Of a DNA stretch of 64,000 nucleotides, positions 1 through 12,800 are shown in pieces. The notes below the pieces were generated by a model. It saw nothing but the letters and a program-made list of their open reading frames with translations, did no database searches and had not been told where the DNA came from. Positions within the stretch are counted from its first letter, which is position 1. Each line of letters opens with the position of its first letter. The position numbers and the translations under genes are program-made. The stretch covers positions 34,968,001 through 35,032,000 of the forward strand of contig NW_027266319.1 in the NCBI RefSeq assembly GCF_022045235.1, written 5' to 3'. The stretch comes from Haliotis cracherodii. Lineage: Eukaryota.

Positions 1-445
1 GTGCAGTCTTAGTGCCATTACATAATAGTGACTGATTGTATGCCCTTGGCTCCAAATATGCTGATATGCATTACTACATAAAGTATAATGTAGGTATGGT
101 AAACTGTTCTCGGTTGTGCAGTCTTAGTGCCATTACATAATAGTGACTGATTGTATGCCCTTGGCTCCAAATATGCTGATATGCATTACTACATAAAGTA
201 TAATGTAGGTATGGTAAACTGTTCTCGGTTGTGCAGTCTTAGTGCCATTACATAATAGTGACTGATTGTATGCCCTTGGCTCCAAATATGCTGATATGCA
301 TTACTACATAAAGATTAATGTAGGTATGGTAAACTGTTCTCGGCTGTGCAGCCTTAGTGCCATTACATAATAGTGACTGATTGTATGCCCTTGGCTCCAA
401 ATATACTGATATGCATTACTACATAAAGTATAATGTAGGTATGGT
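1..445. repeat. 115-bp tandem repeat, ~4 copies, runs off window start
   Basis: GTGCAGTCTTAGTGCCATTAC... recurs at 1, 116, 231, 346. Confidence 0.95.
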
Positions 446-3400
446 ACATGACTCAACCAATTACACTTTCTTTGCAATACTCCCCATGAAATGTGAACAT
501 TGAATTGAATACACACTTTTGATTTTTGGGTATTTTAAATAAATATATAAGTATTATCATTTGGATCAACAATAATTAATGGAAACATCCTTAATTTAAT
601 GAGTAATAGTGTGGTGATGGCGTTTATTCTACATATAATTGTCTATAGTATGTATTTTCTCTTCGCATCATCGTATATATCACGGTCGTATTGAATATAT
701 TCTGCTACTCTTGCCTTAAATCAGTCAGAATTTAATATCCAGCATTTTTCTATGGTAAAACAGGTTTGGTGTTTATTTGTCAAATAGCGTGGTTGTTGTT
801 TGATTTCACAACCCATTTAAAGAAAATATTAAGCCAAGGTAACCAAACTGAGAATCATGTACTTGATATTCGGACAACAATCCTTTTCAGCTCAAACTGA
901 AATTTGGATAATAAAGCTGCTTATATGTTTTGGCTATATTTACTGCTAGACCCAATTCATCACAAACCAATGAGAATGAACGTCCTAAATGATTCCATAA
1001 TGACAAAAGGTTAAGTTTCAGGCATATTTTGCTTGACTGTGTGAACGAATTTTGCAATCGCACATTTCCTCCTTATAAATGAGGAAATATGAAACATATA
1101 TTTTCTCGTATGATCAGGCATCTCATTGTAAACATCTTTAAGAAATTGATATGTATGCTCAATTTTAGATGCTTTAATAACTATTTGCCTGCCTGTATGT
1201 TTTGTGTGATGCTGATATCAACTTAGAGTAATGACGGCTCTGTGGTTAAAGTAGTTATTGTCCCTCTGTGGAACACATTGTAAATACTGACACAATACAT
1301 GGAGCCATATCTCACTGAGCATGGTTTCAATACTGATCCCCAGCAAATTCTCCTGGAGTTGGCCACTCATGGCTTTATAAATACGACTGCTATCCTATGC
1401 GATATATGTTTGACAAATTGCTGTTATAATGTACGGAATCTCACACTCGTGTCTTTTGACATGTTATACATCAACACTCGTTGATGAAAGTTTTATCCAT
1501 TTATCAACTCGTGTTGACACATTTGTTATCAAAAGGCACGAGGGTTGTGCAATATACTGTTATAAACAGTAAAATCAGCGGTAAAAAAAAGCAGTTATAA
1601 GCAGTTTGTTACGTGTCGATTCCAAAATTGAAATATTATGTTAGCGCAGAAATTTATACGTAAAAGAACTTAAAAGAAAGAAGAATCACCAATATACAAT
1701 CAATAATTATATTTCAAAATTTACAAGGTGTACAAATTAATACAAATTACTGCACAGCAATTACAATGGCCGTACATAATAGAAGGGCATGCAGTATAAA
1801 ATGCTACAGCAGTGGAAATGACGATGACAAGAATAATAATCACCACGCGGCAACAGTAGGCATAGCTTCCGGGATAGGCCTAGGCTATGAATCCAGGGTG
1901 GAAACTAATCTTCACATGAAAGCTGGTCAAATTTCAGATGAAATGTGAGATGAGACAGGCTTACGCGCGCTCCGCTTATTTCGTTCAACTAGCTCCCAGA
2001 ACTTTCCACACAGTACCACCACATCACAGAATATTCCATATGTTTCTATAGCGCTTGACATCCACCCATGCTATTTGAAGTTTACACATCACACCAGCAT
2101 CTAAATAATAGATAGTAATTTCCTCAGCACTGCTTACATTAGCAGCTGATCATTCTCCAAATGCAATGTGCTTCTACCGAATCTCAACAGAAATAATGAA
2201 ATACAGTTATAACCATTGTGTAAGAAATAAACGATGAGTGGGAGTTGTTTATCTACAATAAAACACTGCAGGGAGAATAAACCAGCCCCAGGTGATTTAT
2301 TCTCCCTGCAGTGCTTTTGTGTAGGATAAGCACGTCCGAGTGTTAAAGGTTTTAGATATCATAAAAAACTAGGGGAAGTTCTTCATCTAACTTATAAACC
2401 GAAAAAAGAAACTTAAAACAACATTTATCAACCTTTTTCATGTTTCAAACATACTTTCTTTGAACCTTAGGAAACAGGCGTAAAATATCTGTTGCTGGCG
2501 TACGGTTCTTAAAAAAGACATTCTTTTGGTATTCTCACTATTTTCACGTCCATTATCTGCACCATTCCTCCCAATACCGATTGTCATTTCTTTCCACTAT
2601 TCGGTGAGATCGTTCGACCATTTCGTTTATCAGCGCTGTCCAGCTGCATCTATGGGGAACAACTCGCTAGATGTTTCCCTCTCAAAACTAAAGTCGACCA
2701 ATGTGCGACGACACCAAGTAGCCAGCGCATATTTGAATGCCTAGAAATGACTTCATGGTAGAACAACGTTTTATCGCAAATTAAACCACGCTTCGTTGTT
2801 CAATGTACTTTGCGATTTATTGCGTAGCTATCTTACATATAACAATAAAATACGCCTCCGTACAACAAGCCTCAGTGACCGAGGGATTGGTGATGTCATT
2901 TCCAAGTGACGTCATGGAAACTGTGATTTTGGATGATAAATCACAATGCTGTATTGTTGAGTTCAGCCACGTTAACCACACTCTCGACAAATGAGTCAGA
3001 AATACATAATCCGGGCTCATACCTAACACTACATAAGCTGTTGCTTACGTGCCAAATATTCTAAGAAGAGAAAATTAGCTATGACCATAACATTTCTGTT
3101 GATGTTAATACATTTTGCGTTTAAACGTTGTGAATTGATTATTGACGTAATACATGATTTATACTCACATAACATGGATCTGCAAACATTTGTTAACTAG
3201 TATCTATTATCTACATAGTTTTAACCATGGAACATTTTTTTACAAACACTATCAAAAGCATATTTGACAGTCTACAACTACACAAAACTGTTTATTCTGA
3301 AACAAGTGTAATCTTTAGTGTGAACAAGTAAACACCGCACCCATTGTACTGTAACCCTTGTTGAATCTGTGAATATGTTATCAAACTCAAATGTAGCTTA

Positions 3401-3940
3401 TCTATTTTAATTTGCCCAAATTATTCAAAAGTGTGATTTCTCTTTATGTTACCCTTTACATTGTGTTTGCACTATTGACCCTCTTTGACCAGGAACCTAC
3501 AAGTCACAGTTGTACTACACACGGACACATGAGACAAGCTGAACAAGAACACCTTGCCTTTTCGAGACCCGGTTGTGTCACTAACCAGTGTACTACTATC
3601 CAATAAAGTTAGGCCACTGGCTTAATTCAGTAACTATTATTATCGTTGATTGACAAACAGATGCATACCATCATTTTATAAAGCTTACACTTAAAAAGCA
3701 AGAAGTGGCCTAGAAAGTCCATGTCTTACTCTTTAATGTAACTAAATGGACGGAAGTGAATAGTCGCGTAGGATAAATAAAAGCGACAAAACCCTTTTCA
3801 TATTCATAAGAAATCTCTGCCAAAAAGCAGAGTAGATTCTTTGATTACGACTCTGTCATAAGCATGTGTTTATGAATCATTATCACATAGTGATGATACC
3901 AGGTGTTCGCGAAAAGGTGAGCATATCCTGCCCTTGATAA

Positions 3941-4213
3941 TGAGTGAGTGAGTGAGTTGGGTTTAACGCCGCTTTTAACAGTATTCTAGTTATATCACGG
4001 CGTGTAAGCTTAATGTGGGAGGAAAGCCATGTCTCTGACGTTTTCCACTTCGGTGAAACCCCCGAGCACGGGAATGGTGCTGACAAACCTAGAAACATAA
4101 TCGGGGCGAACCGGGATTCGAACCCAAAATAATAGGTTTGTGGCGTGCCAGAGGGACGCAACGCTGCACAGCGAATCGCGACGCCTTAGACGACTGGGTC
4201 ACCCGTGTCCCCG
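3941..4213 (-). mobile_element. tRNA-derived SINE, family A, (ACTC)n tail
   Basis: Reverse complement of the 5901-6181 copy; A/B-box-like head, (TGAG)n at 3941. Confidence 0.85.
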
Positions 4214-5258
4214 CACAGTATTATGAAGTACAAATACAAACCAGCACCAAAATTGGTTTCTACAGTAGGATCAGTGTATTCAATTCACAACAGGACAATT
4301 CGATAACATTTTCAAGACGTTGGACAGAACCAAAGCTCAATGTCTCTTCGCTATAGCTAGCACCAATGCGTTCGCGTCATATTTAATCACGATAGAATGG
4401 CGATAAACACATTGTGTGTCAATGTAGGGCTACTGTAGGTTGACTGTAGATTGAACCGTGCTGTATTGAATTTGGAACTGAACGTGCAGAGTTAGGTTTT
4501 CAAATGTAAAAAGAAACAACATATCACAATAAATAATATGAAGGCAGTTGTCAGTATCAAATGCAAAAATACAGTGGTGATAGCAAAAGTCAGTGATAAT
4601 AATATATATTCACACAGCAGCGACACTTGTCAAGCGAGGTAGGGAATAAGGGAAGATGAGCGATCCTCACATGAAAGCTAGTACGACAGCGGTTATGTCT
4701 TTGGGAATGCCATCATAGTGGAAAAGATTTATGACTCACCATATTTCCCAGATGAATTTATCTTTTGTTTGTTTGATCTGGTTGGTTCGAGATTGCAAAC
4801 GAAAGGAAAATCTCTTAACTTCCACGTTATTTTATTACTATACCAATTACATACTAGTTGAAATGAAATAGAAATTCAAATGGACAAACAAATGACAAAT
4901 GATGATTTAGCATGGGTAAGAGTATTCGGAATCACGGCAGTCATCACTTGTCAATAAACATAACGGTCAGCAGGTTGCGAGTTCAACTCCAAGCATGGTT
5001 GTAGCCACCTATCATAGTGGGGAGCTTTCACCGGTGGCAGCGGTAGTACAGAGAGTTCCGCGAACGGGAAATCGCTGCGAGGAGCTTGCACACGAGCATC
5101 TGAATAATATTATAGTAACTTTCTGACGACTGATCACTGTCCAAACACAATGCAATGAACGTCTACCGACTTCAATCAACTACAATGCAAAAGTTCTACA
5201 ATCACTGTTAAACTATAAAATACACTGCCACATAACAAATGTAACAACACTAGACCAG

Positions 5259-5365
5259 GGACCCGTTCCACAAAGCGATCTTAGTGCTACGACTGTCGTA
5301 AGTCAGTGTTAAAGAATGGGAGTTACGACCGACTTAGCGCTAAGATAACTTTGTGGAACGGGGCC
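5259..5365. mobile_element. MITE, PIF/Harbinger-like
   Basis: TIRs GGACCCGTTCCACAAAG / CTTTGTGGAACGGGGCC, flanked by CAG on both sides; second copy at 43114. Confidence 0.75.
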
Positions 5366-5900
5366 CAGGTCCAAATGAGGAGACTGACTAGAGCCTGACG
5401 TCTATTAATTCGACACACTGGGGTTCGAGTTCGAGATAACGAGGTTCACAATCATATAGACGTTCATAATAAAATGTATCGGCGCCATAGTAAATTATAC
5501 AACGTTGATGAATTATCCAGGTGATTTTAAGGATGAACATACTGTGTTTTCAATATTGGTATTGATGCTACATATTGGTAACCTGTAGGTTTAACCGCGC
5601 TATTTTAACATTTGAAACCTAACTCTGCACGTTCAGTTCCAAATTCAATACAGCACGGTTAAATCTACAGTCAACCTACAGTAGCCCTACATTGACACAC
5701 AATGTGTTTATCGCGATTCTATAATGATTAAATGTGACGCGAACGCATTGGTGCTAGCGAAGAGACATTGAGCTTTGGTTCTGTCCAACGTCTTGAAAAT
5801 GTTGTCGACTTGAATTGTCCTGTTGTGAATTGAATACACTGATACTACTGTAGAAACCAATTTTGGTGCTGGTGTGTATTTGTACTTCATAATAGTGTGC

Positions 5901-6181
5901 GGGGGCACGGGTGGCCCAGTCGTCTAAGGCGCCGCGATTCGCTGTGCAGAGTTGCGTCCCTCTGGCACGCCAGAAACCTATGATTGTTGGTTCGAATCCC
6001 GATTCGCCCCGATTATGTTTCTAGGTTTGTCAGCACCATACCCGTGCTCGTGGGTTTCACCGATGTGGTTAACGTCTGAAACCTGCATTACTTCGTGCTT
6101 TCCACCCACATTAAGCTTACACGCCGTGATATAACTGGAACATTGTTAAAAGCAGCGTTAAACCCAACTCACTCACTCACT
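5901..6181 (+). mobile_element. tRNA-derived SINE, family A
   Basis: GGGGCACGGGTGGCCCAGTCGTCTAAGG head, GGTTCGAATCC B box, (ACTC)n tail, TSD CATAATA(G/C)TGTGC at 5888-5900 and 6182-6194. Confidence 0.9.
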
Positions 6182-6642
6182 CATAATACTGTGCTCACAT
6201 ATGAACAGGCATTGAACGTGTGTAGCACAGCAACTTCGTTCCCCAACACGCGTTGAGTGTGTGAACCTCAAGAGAAAAGAGAAAATCTTGCAAGTTTAGT
6301 TCTACACATACACCGCACGCCACTATTACGACGTCAAGACGCTCAGTGTAACGTGAGTAACACTCTCTCAGTCGATTTCTTTCGTGTTAACTGTACACAT
6401 ACCGTGACTATTGTAGTCAGTGTACATTGTTATTTATATGTCTACCAACAATGACCAGAAACAAGCACCTTTCTACGAAGGATATGGCCATCGAATCGGC
6501 TGTTGCAATCAGAGGTGGATATTGTCATCCAATACTTCTGAATCAGAATTGACTAATTTCCAAATTCATGGTACATTACTGCTTTACCAAAGAATTAATC
6601 TCAATGGAATCACTAAAACACACGCAATATGTTTATTACCAG

Positions 6643-6894
6643 GGAACATCGCTCTGAACAAACAAACACAACAAAGCGGCACTATCAATGACTGTAAGTG
6701 GGCGAGTACAGCCGCCAAGAGAGACGTGTGTGGGGACAAGACTTCCTCCCTGGCTGTGGACGGTGTGACCAGCAGCAGGTACTGGTCAGGGACCTGCACA
6801 CACACCGCGCCAGGCCGGACACCCGCCTGGTGGACAGTGTATCTGGGAGAGACACACCTCATCACCAATCTCACAATATTCTTTTCAACTCCAA
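6643..6894 (+). CDS. Gene 1 F-type lectin exon a
   Basis: ccag|[14 protein letters not shown]...AVDG...[18 protein letters not shown]...; needs GC donor gcaagt at 6895 for phase 1. Confidence 0.85.
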
Positions 6895-9800
6895 GCAAGT
6901 ATTATTAACACACTCTACAGTAATGAATCACGACTGACCCCTCTAATAATGTTCCATAAAAAAACCAAGAGGAATAATATACAACCAAATGGAAACTGAA
7001 ATACTCTATTAATACTTTTGTAAAAAACTGGTCACGGTTGTTGGGGACATATGATTGGAATATTACCAATTACTAATTTTTTCGATAATGATTGACAGTG
7101 TGCAGTTTCCGTTTAATTTATTTACCAAATGTTTATTCTGTGAGTGTGCTAATCGCAATGATGGTGATCATCGCATTGTCACAGGACTAGTCGTACGACA
7201 AAACAACACCGTCAATGTTTCACTGGTAAGATCCCTTGATCTTATTGACGTTAAATAAATGTACTTCCCTTGAAACATACACAGGGTTAACCAGACAGTT
7301 AGTTTTCGATTCAGTCGACATCGATTACCATGTTATACCCTCGTGTTGACGCCTTCATTTATATTGGATTTGTTTTGTCTCCAGGACGAATGAGAGGTTT
7401 CTTGGTCGTTGTAGACAACAACCTCTGCTATCAACAGAGCCAGTACTACCCTCCCAGCTCCCCTGTCAGCATCAACTGTGACACCCCTACACGTGGACAA
7501 CGTGTCACTGTTCTGCTGCCAACACTGAATGGCTCGGAGTACATTCTCAATCTGTGTGAAGTGGAAATATATGGTAATGGACGCATATTAAGGTTTTCCT
7601 AATTTGACATACACTTAGATCAAATAGGATGTTTTGTGTGATCAGCCATGTCTTGGGAACTTGAAGTTTACTTATGTGGCAATCATAGCAATTTTATAAT
7701 ATTTAAATGTGTTTTATATTCATTTACATTAAAATACTAATCAAAAGTTGTTTCTCTTATCAGAGTGTGCTGACGGGAGTTTCGGGCCTGGGTGTAGTTC
7801 CTGGTGTTCCTGTAGGAACACATCCGAGGCGTGTGACAAAGCCACTGGACACTGTGAGAGTGGCTGTGCTGACGGGAGTTTCGGGCCTGGGTGTAGTTCC
7901 TGGTGTTCCTGTAGGAACACATCCGAGGTGTGTGACAAAGCCACTGGACACTGTGAGAGTGGGTGCGTTGACGGGTATGCTGGGACTGGATGTCAGGAAA
8001 GTAAGTGCATGTTGCTTCATCTTCCAACCCATGACGTATTTATTATGTTAAGAAGTGTGTAAAATTAAAAGAGATGGGTCAGGGCTGGAATTGAAATATC
8101 TGTTTTGTGTTATTTCACCCATGCTTCAAAACATTTCATTGTGATGCCCTACAAGGTCCTGCAATGTCGTTACAGCTTGTTCCCCGGGACGCTATGGCCA
8201 GGGATGCATGGAGACGTGTGGACATTGTGATGGAGGGGATCGGAACTGTGACGAGGTAGATGGGCGCTGTACCCGTGGCTGTCAGGACAAGTGGAGTGGA
8301 ACATTGTGCAAAGGTTTGTATCAAGACTTTGATCCGACACCTTGGTGTCTTGGAATTGCTTGTGCTGAGCCTAGTACCAGGCCAGGCAGACATGGGGAAT
8401 TGCCCTACATTACACGATCTAGTCACACAATTACTTCAGACATACATTTCATGTTGGTTTACTGGAGTGGTTTAGTTATTATTATACATCTAGTCCTGCA
8501 CTATGACCGTGGATTATATTTATTTTATGAAAAAAATAATAATCTAGAAACGCATACAAAAGCAAGTCTACCCAGCCCAAGCTAGCTCTATTCTACTCTG
8601 AAATCAGCATAGGGAATATTTATTTTATTTTTAGAGTCAACACCTCGTTTGTCCGTCCGTCCGTAATCATTTCATTTCCAGAGCACAACTCAAAAACCGT
8701 TCAATATCTTTCAACAAAACTTGGCAGATATATCACACAATTGCTGAAGTGGTGACTTTTGCTATTTGCGATTTTTTTGGCATTTTTATTTATCGATTTT
8801 CATGGATTCAATTTGGACTTAGTCTGAAAAGGGTCGGGGTAGGTGTCGTTTTCGGATCACAACTTGAAGACGGTGAACGACTTTTCGTCCTTAGCTGAAA
8901 CGGAGGTAGGTGTCATTTTTCATCCAAACCTGGTACATGTTTTAATCAAGGCCTGAAGTGGTGCTTTTTGCTGTTTAGGAATTTACAAAATATTTTTTTT
9001 ACTTTGTGTATGACTGGACCATATCTCTTAAACTAATAGGTATTCTTTCTTGAAACTGTGCACACACAAAGACCAGGTTGCCAAACGGTGCCATGTGCTA
9101 CTTTGGGGTGTTTCGAATTTATATTTTTTCCGTTTCCATGGCAACAAGTTTGACTTTGAGTCTGTTCATAGTGGCGTGTACCTGACATAGAAATACAAAG
9201 TTCCGAATCCCAATTCCATGGTATTGTTTTTATAGCTCAAGAACTACTCTTGTATACGGACAGACAGATTAGATAGAAATTCTCTCATCAAGTTGGACTT
9301 AAAGTAACAGTCAGATGATTTGTTCTTTCGAATTTGCGGGGGACAGGGGAATTTGTCATCTTCTGATGACTCTTGTTTACAATGGTTGGGTGATTCCGCT
9401 TGTAGGCATCAAGGGATGCAGGACAACACACACTGTTGCTCAGAGATATAAGGACTGCTCTGATTTCAGTATAACCACTTTTGGTGACTTACAACAGGAA
9501 CCTTACTGTATGATATGTAATGACACTGACACGGATGAATAGTGGAATAATTATTGTCCCAATAAACAAGAACCCATAACACATTTTTATATTTTGTTGG
9601 GTTGAAAAAACTTAACCTTAAAAATAAACCCTTTACAAGACTTCCCGTAGTCTCGTGGAGTGTTGACTGTTATGTCTTGTCTTTACAAGACCTCTTAATG
9701 AATGTTTATTGTGATGTATTTTTCCAGAGTGCAGTGACTATTGGTTTGGTGGCCGATGTGACAGAGAGTGTAAATGTAAGGAGACTTATGAAGTGTGTGA

Positions 9801-12800
9801 CAAGAAGACAGGTCAGTGTGACTCTGGGTGTGAAGATGGATGGACAGGACTGGACTGTCAAACACGTGAGTAGTGCAGTCGGGGTGATCACCTCCAGATG
9901 TCAAACCCATGTATCATATGGTTATGATGTGTACGTACAATGTAGAGTTGCAGTCACAACAATCTTCAAAGCATGTGTGACAGTACGGAATGAGCGGAAA
10001 ACATGATGGATATTGACTGAGAGAGCATATTTCAGATATTGAGAAAACTGAGAGCATTGCTGTTCTCGATATCCGACTATGACGTCATATCTATTAGGTC
10101 ACAATGAGCGATGTGACGTCATAATATTGGCATGCGGTAAATCTTGCGTCCTGTCGTTGTTCCATTCGTTGTAATTATCAGCAGAAATTTTAAACTGAAA
10201 GATGACAATACCAGATCACATTGTGCGCAGGTCGTCACCGATTATCTCCGACGAGAAGGCATACGGACATTGCACAGGCCCGCTATGTCCCCTGACATGT
10301 CCCCAATAGAGCATCTTTGGGGTGTTCTTGGGCAGAGACTGTACACCATAAAAAATCATCGGTGTTTCCTTAATTCAAATTGACAACCATCAACCTACAG
10401 GCAACATAGCTCTACATTGAAAACGCAGTATGTTTCTCTCCTAGTTAACAAGCGTGTGATATATCTATTGTACATCATATGAGTAGCTGTGAAGATAATG
10501 ATATCATCATAAAACATAATGATTTGTTACATTATCATAATGAACTCTCAGCAGTTGTTGTGATCTCAGAATCTGAAAGAAAGATTGGGTTCCTGACACA
10601 CCTACAGGTTCAATACCAAAATTAGACTAAGATTTAGTCCCAGAAATGAAGTTATCATCTTTAAAACATATATCTACAAAATAGAAAATAATGATATCCA
10701 AATGGAGTCCAGCACAATGATTAATTTCAGGAGCTGAGGCCATCTAGACTTGCCCAATCATTCTAGTTGGTTGGTTGGTTTGTTGTTTAACGCCGCACTC
10801 AGCAATATTGCAGCCATATGACGGCGGTCTGTAAATAATCGAGTCTGGACCAGACAATCAAGTGATTAATATCATGAGCATCGATCCACGCAAATGGGAT
10901 CGATGACATGCATCAACCAAGTCAGCGAGCCTGACCACCCGATCCCGTTAGACGCCTTTTACGACAAGCATAGTCACCCTTTACGGCAAGCATAGTCACC
11001 CTTTACGGCAAGCATGGGTCGCTGAAGACCTATTCTACCCCGGAATCTTCACGGGTCCCAATCATTCTAGACTTGAGTTGTACAAAATATGGAATGCAAG
11101 CGATTTCGTTGACCAAACAAGCACAGTGATTCATAGTGGGTTCACGTGTAAGAGTAACATATGCATCATTTAACGGTGTCGGATATTTGAACATATTACC
11201 TTGGGAGAAAAATGGCAAGATGATGTTAACCGTCTCTCATGCAATGGGTTTTTCACCAACATTTCCTAAACAGGGAATCCGTGCCACAGTGGACACAAAG
11301 TCGTCCGGGAGTGAACAATCATTAGCACATGTACACGTGTTGCTAAACGTAGGGCATGTAGCAACACACTGCAGTCAAACTAACAACAGCTGTACATACC
11401 CAGCTGTACTTCCTCTGCCATGTTTGGCCCACGGTGACGCCATTACACTCCCCAAATCGCCTTATTGCTACACGGACATATGGATAATCACCCACTGAAC
11501 TGATATCACAATGAGACTTATTTAACCCTAAACGACCTAAACAACGTAACTGAGCTGGCAGTTTGATGGAACAGCCTGTTCGAGAATTTTCAGTTGAAGA
11601 ACACCCTTGTAACGAATTTGATTTCAAACCTATCCCCAAATGTACACAAGGTTAGTCTCAAATTTGGCATCTTATAAAAGTAATAAAGTTTGCTCTACCC
11701 CTGCGTTTAGTGTAATAAAGTATAGTTTTGCCCTGAACTATTTCAACGTCAACGCACTAGGAGGCATGTTTTTTCGTGCTTTAACCATAGGGTTCACTTC
11801 ACAGCGTGTCAGGACGGGACCTACGGCTTCAACTGTAAATCCAGGTGTGGGAGATGTCGGGATGGAGTGCCATGTGAAAAGATAGGAGGAGAGTGTGCCA
11901 AGTGTGACCCAGGATTCATGACCCCGCTCTGTCAAGGTAAGGAGACATTAACAAAGTGCTGCAATACTTTTAATCCCAGTTACATGCTAGAAAGGTTTCA
12001 AACCTACAAACCACTCTTTAGCGTTTCAACTTACATGTGTGTGATTCGCGTGTTTAAGATTGTCTCAGACTCGACTCCAAAACGGAAAAATGATCAGGAA
12101 ATATCGGAAAGACATGTTTTGGGAATAAATACTCACAAGATGTTGAATAAGATCACGATGCCTTTGTGTCCAATAAACAGATGATAAACAGTAGTCGACC
12201 TTTTCATTGTGCCTTGCCCCCTCCATGTTTTAATTCACCGGCAGCAAACAATCATTTATTCTTTTTTTAACACATGTAAGCTTTTGAATGTTGCCGATTT
12301 TCTTTTTCACTCCCCGACCTTTTTTTAGAGTGTAAAGACAAAAGCTTCAGCCCAAATTGTAGTCGGCAATGTCGCTGTAAGAACACAAGCGAGGTATGCG
12401 ACAAAACCAGCGGAGACTGCAGCAGTGGTTGTAGAGATGGATGGACAGGGGGCGGCTGTCTGAAACGTAAGATCAAAATGACATTAATCAATTCAATCTT
12501 ACACCGAATATGTCGGGAAAGGATATTTCAACAGAAAGTCATTCATAGCTAATTAACTCTGAAACACTTTTTTGTGTAATAAAATAACAGTCGCATGCTG
12601 GAGAGGAGTGGGTTTGTACAAGTCAGATGCGAGTGATACATGAAATGAGTTCAAGGTCTGTTATATTTATTACATACACACTTGTGTTCACTGTAACCAC
12701 TGTGTCATGTTGTACCCCACAGCATGTCCCAGGGGACGCTATTGGTTCTAGAGTAGATATGTGTGTGTGGCCAGTGTAAGGGAGGTAACCACTGTGTCAT

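Larger units (their letters stand above)
3938..6187. repeat. Long inverted duplication, arms ~3938-4507 and ~5603-6187, spacer ~1.1 kb
   Basis: SINE plus ~300 bp of unique flank (4214-4507) is the reverse complement of 5603-6187. Confidence 0.9.

Noticed and set aside
781-845. AGCCAAG|GTAACC resembling the gene 2 signal-exon end, candidate first exon of gene 1
   Set aside because: No in-frame ATG after the upstream TAA
2803-2994. MYFAIYCVAILHIT... as gene 1 signal peptide
   Set aside because: No convincing phase-1 GT donor at a suitable position; first exon left unassigned
6420-6642. N-terminal part of the 162-aa ORF
   Set aside because: Intron read-through upstream of the acceptor at 6642; no lectin or signal features
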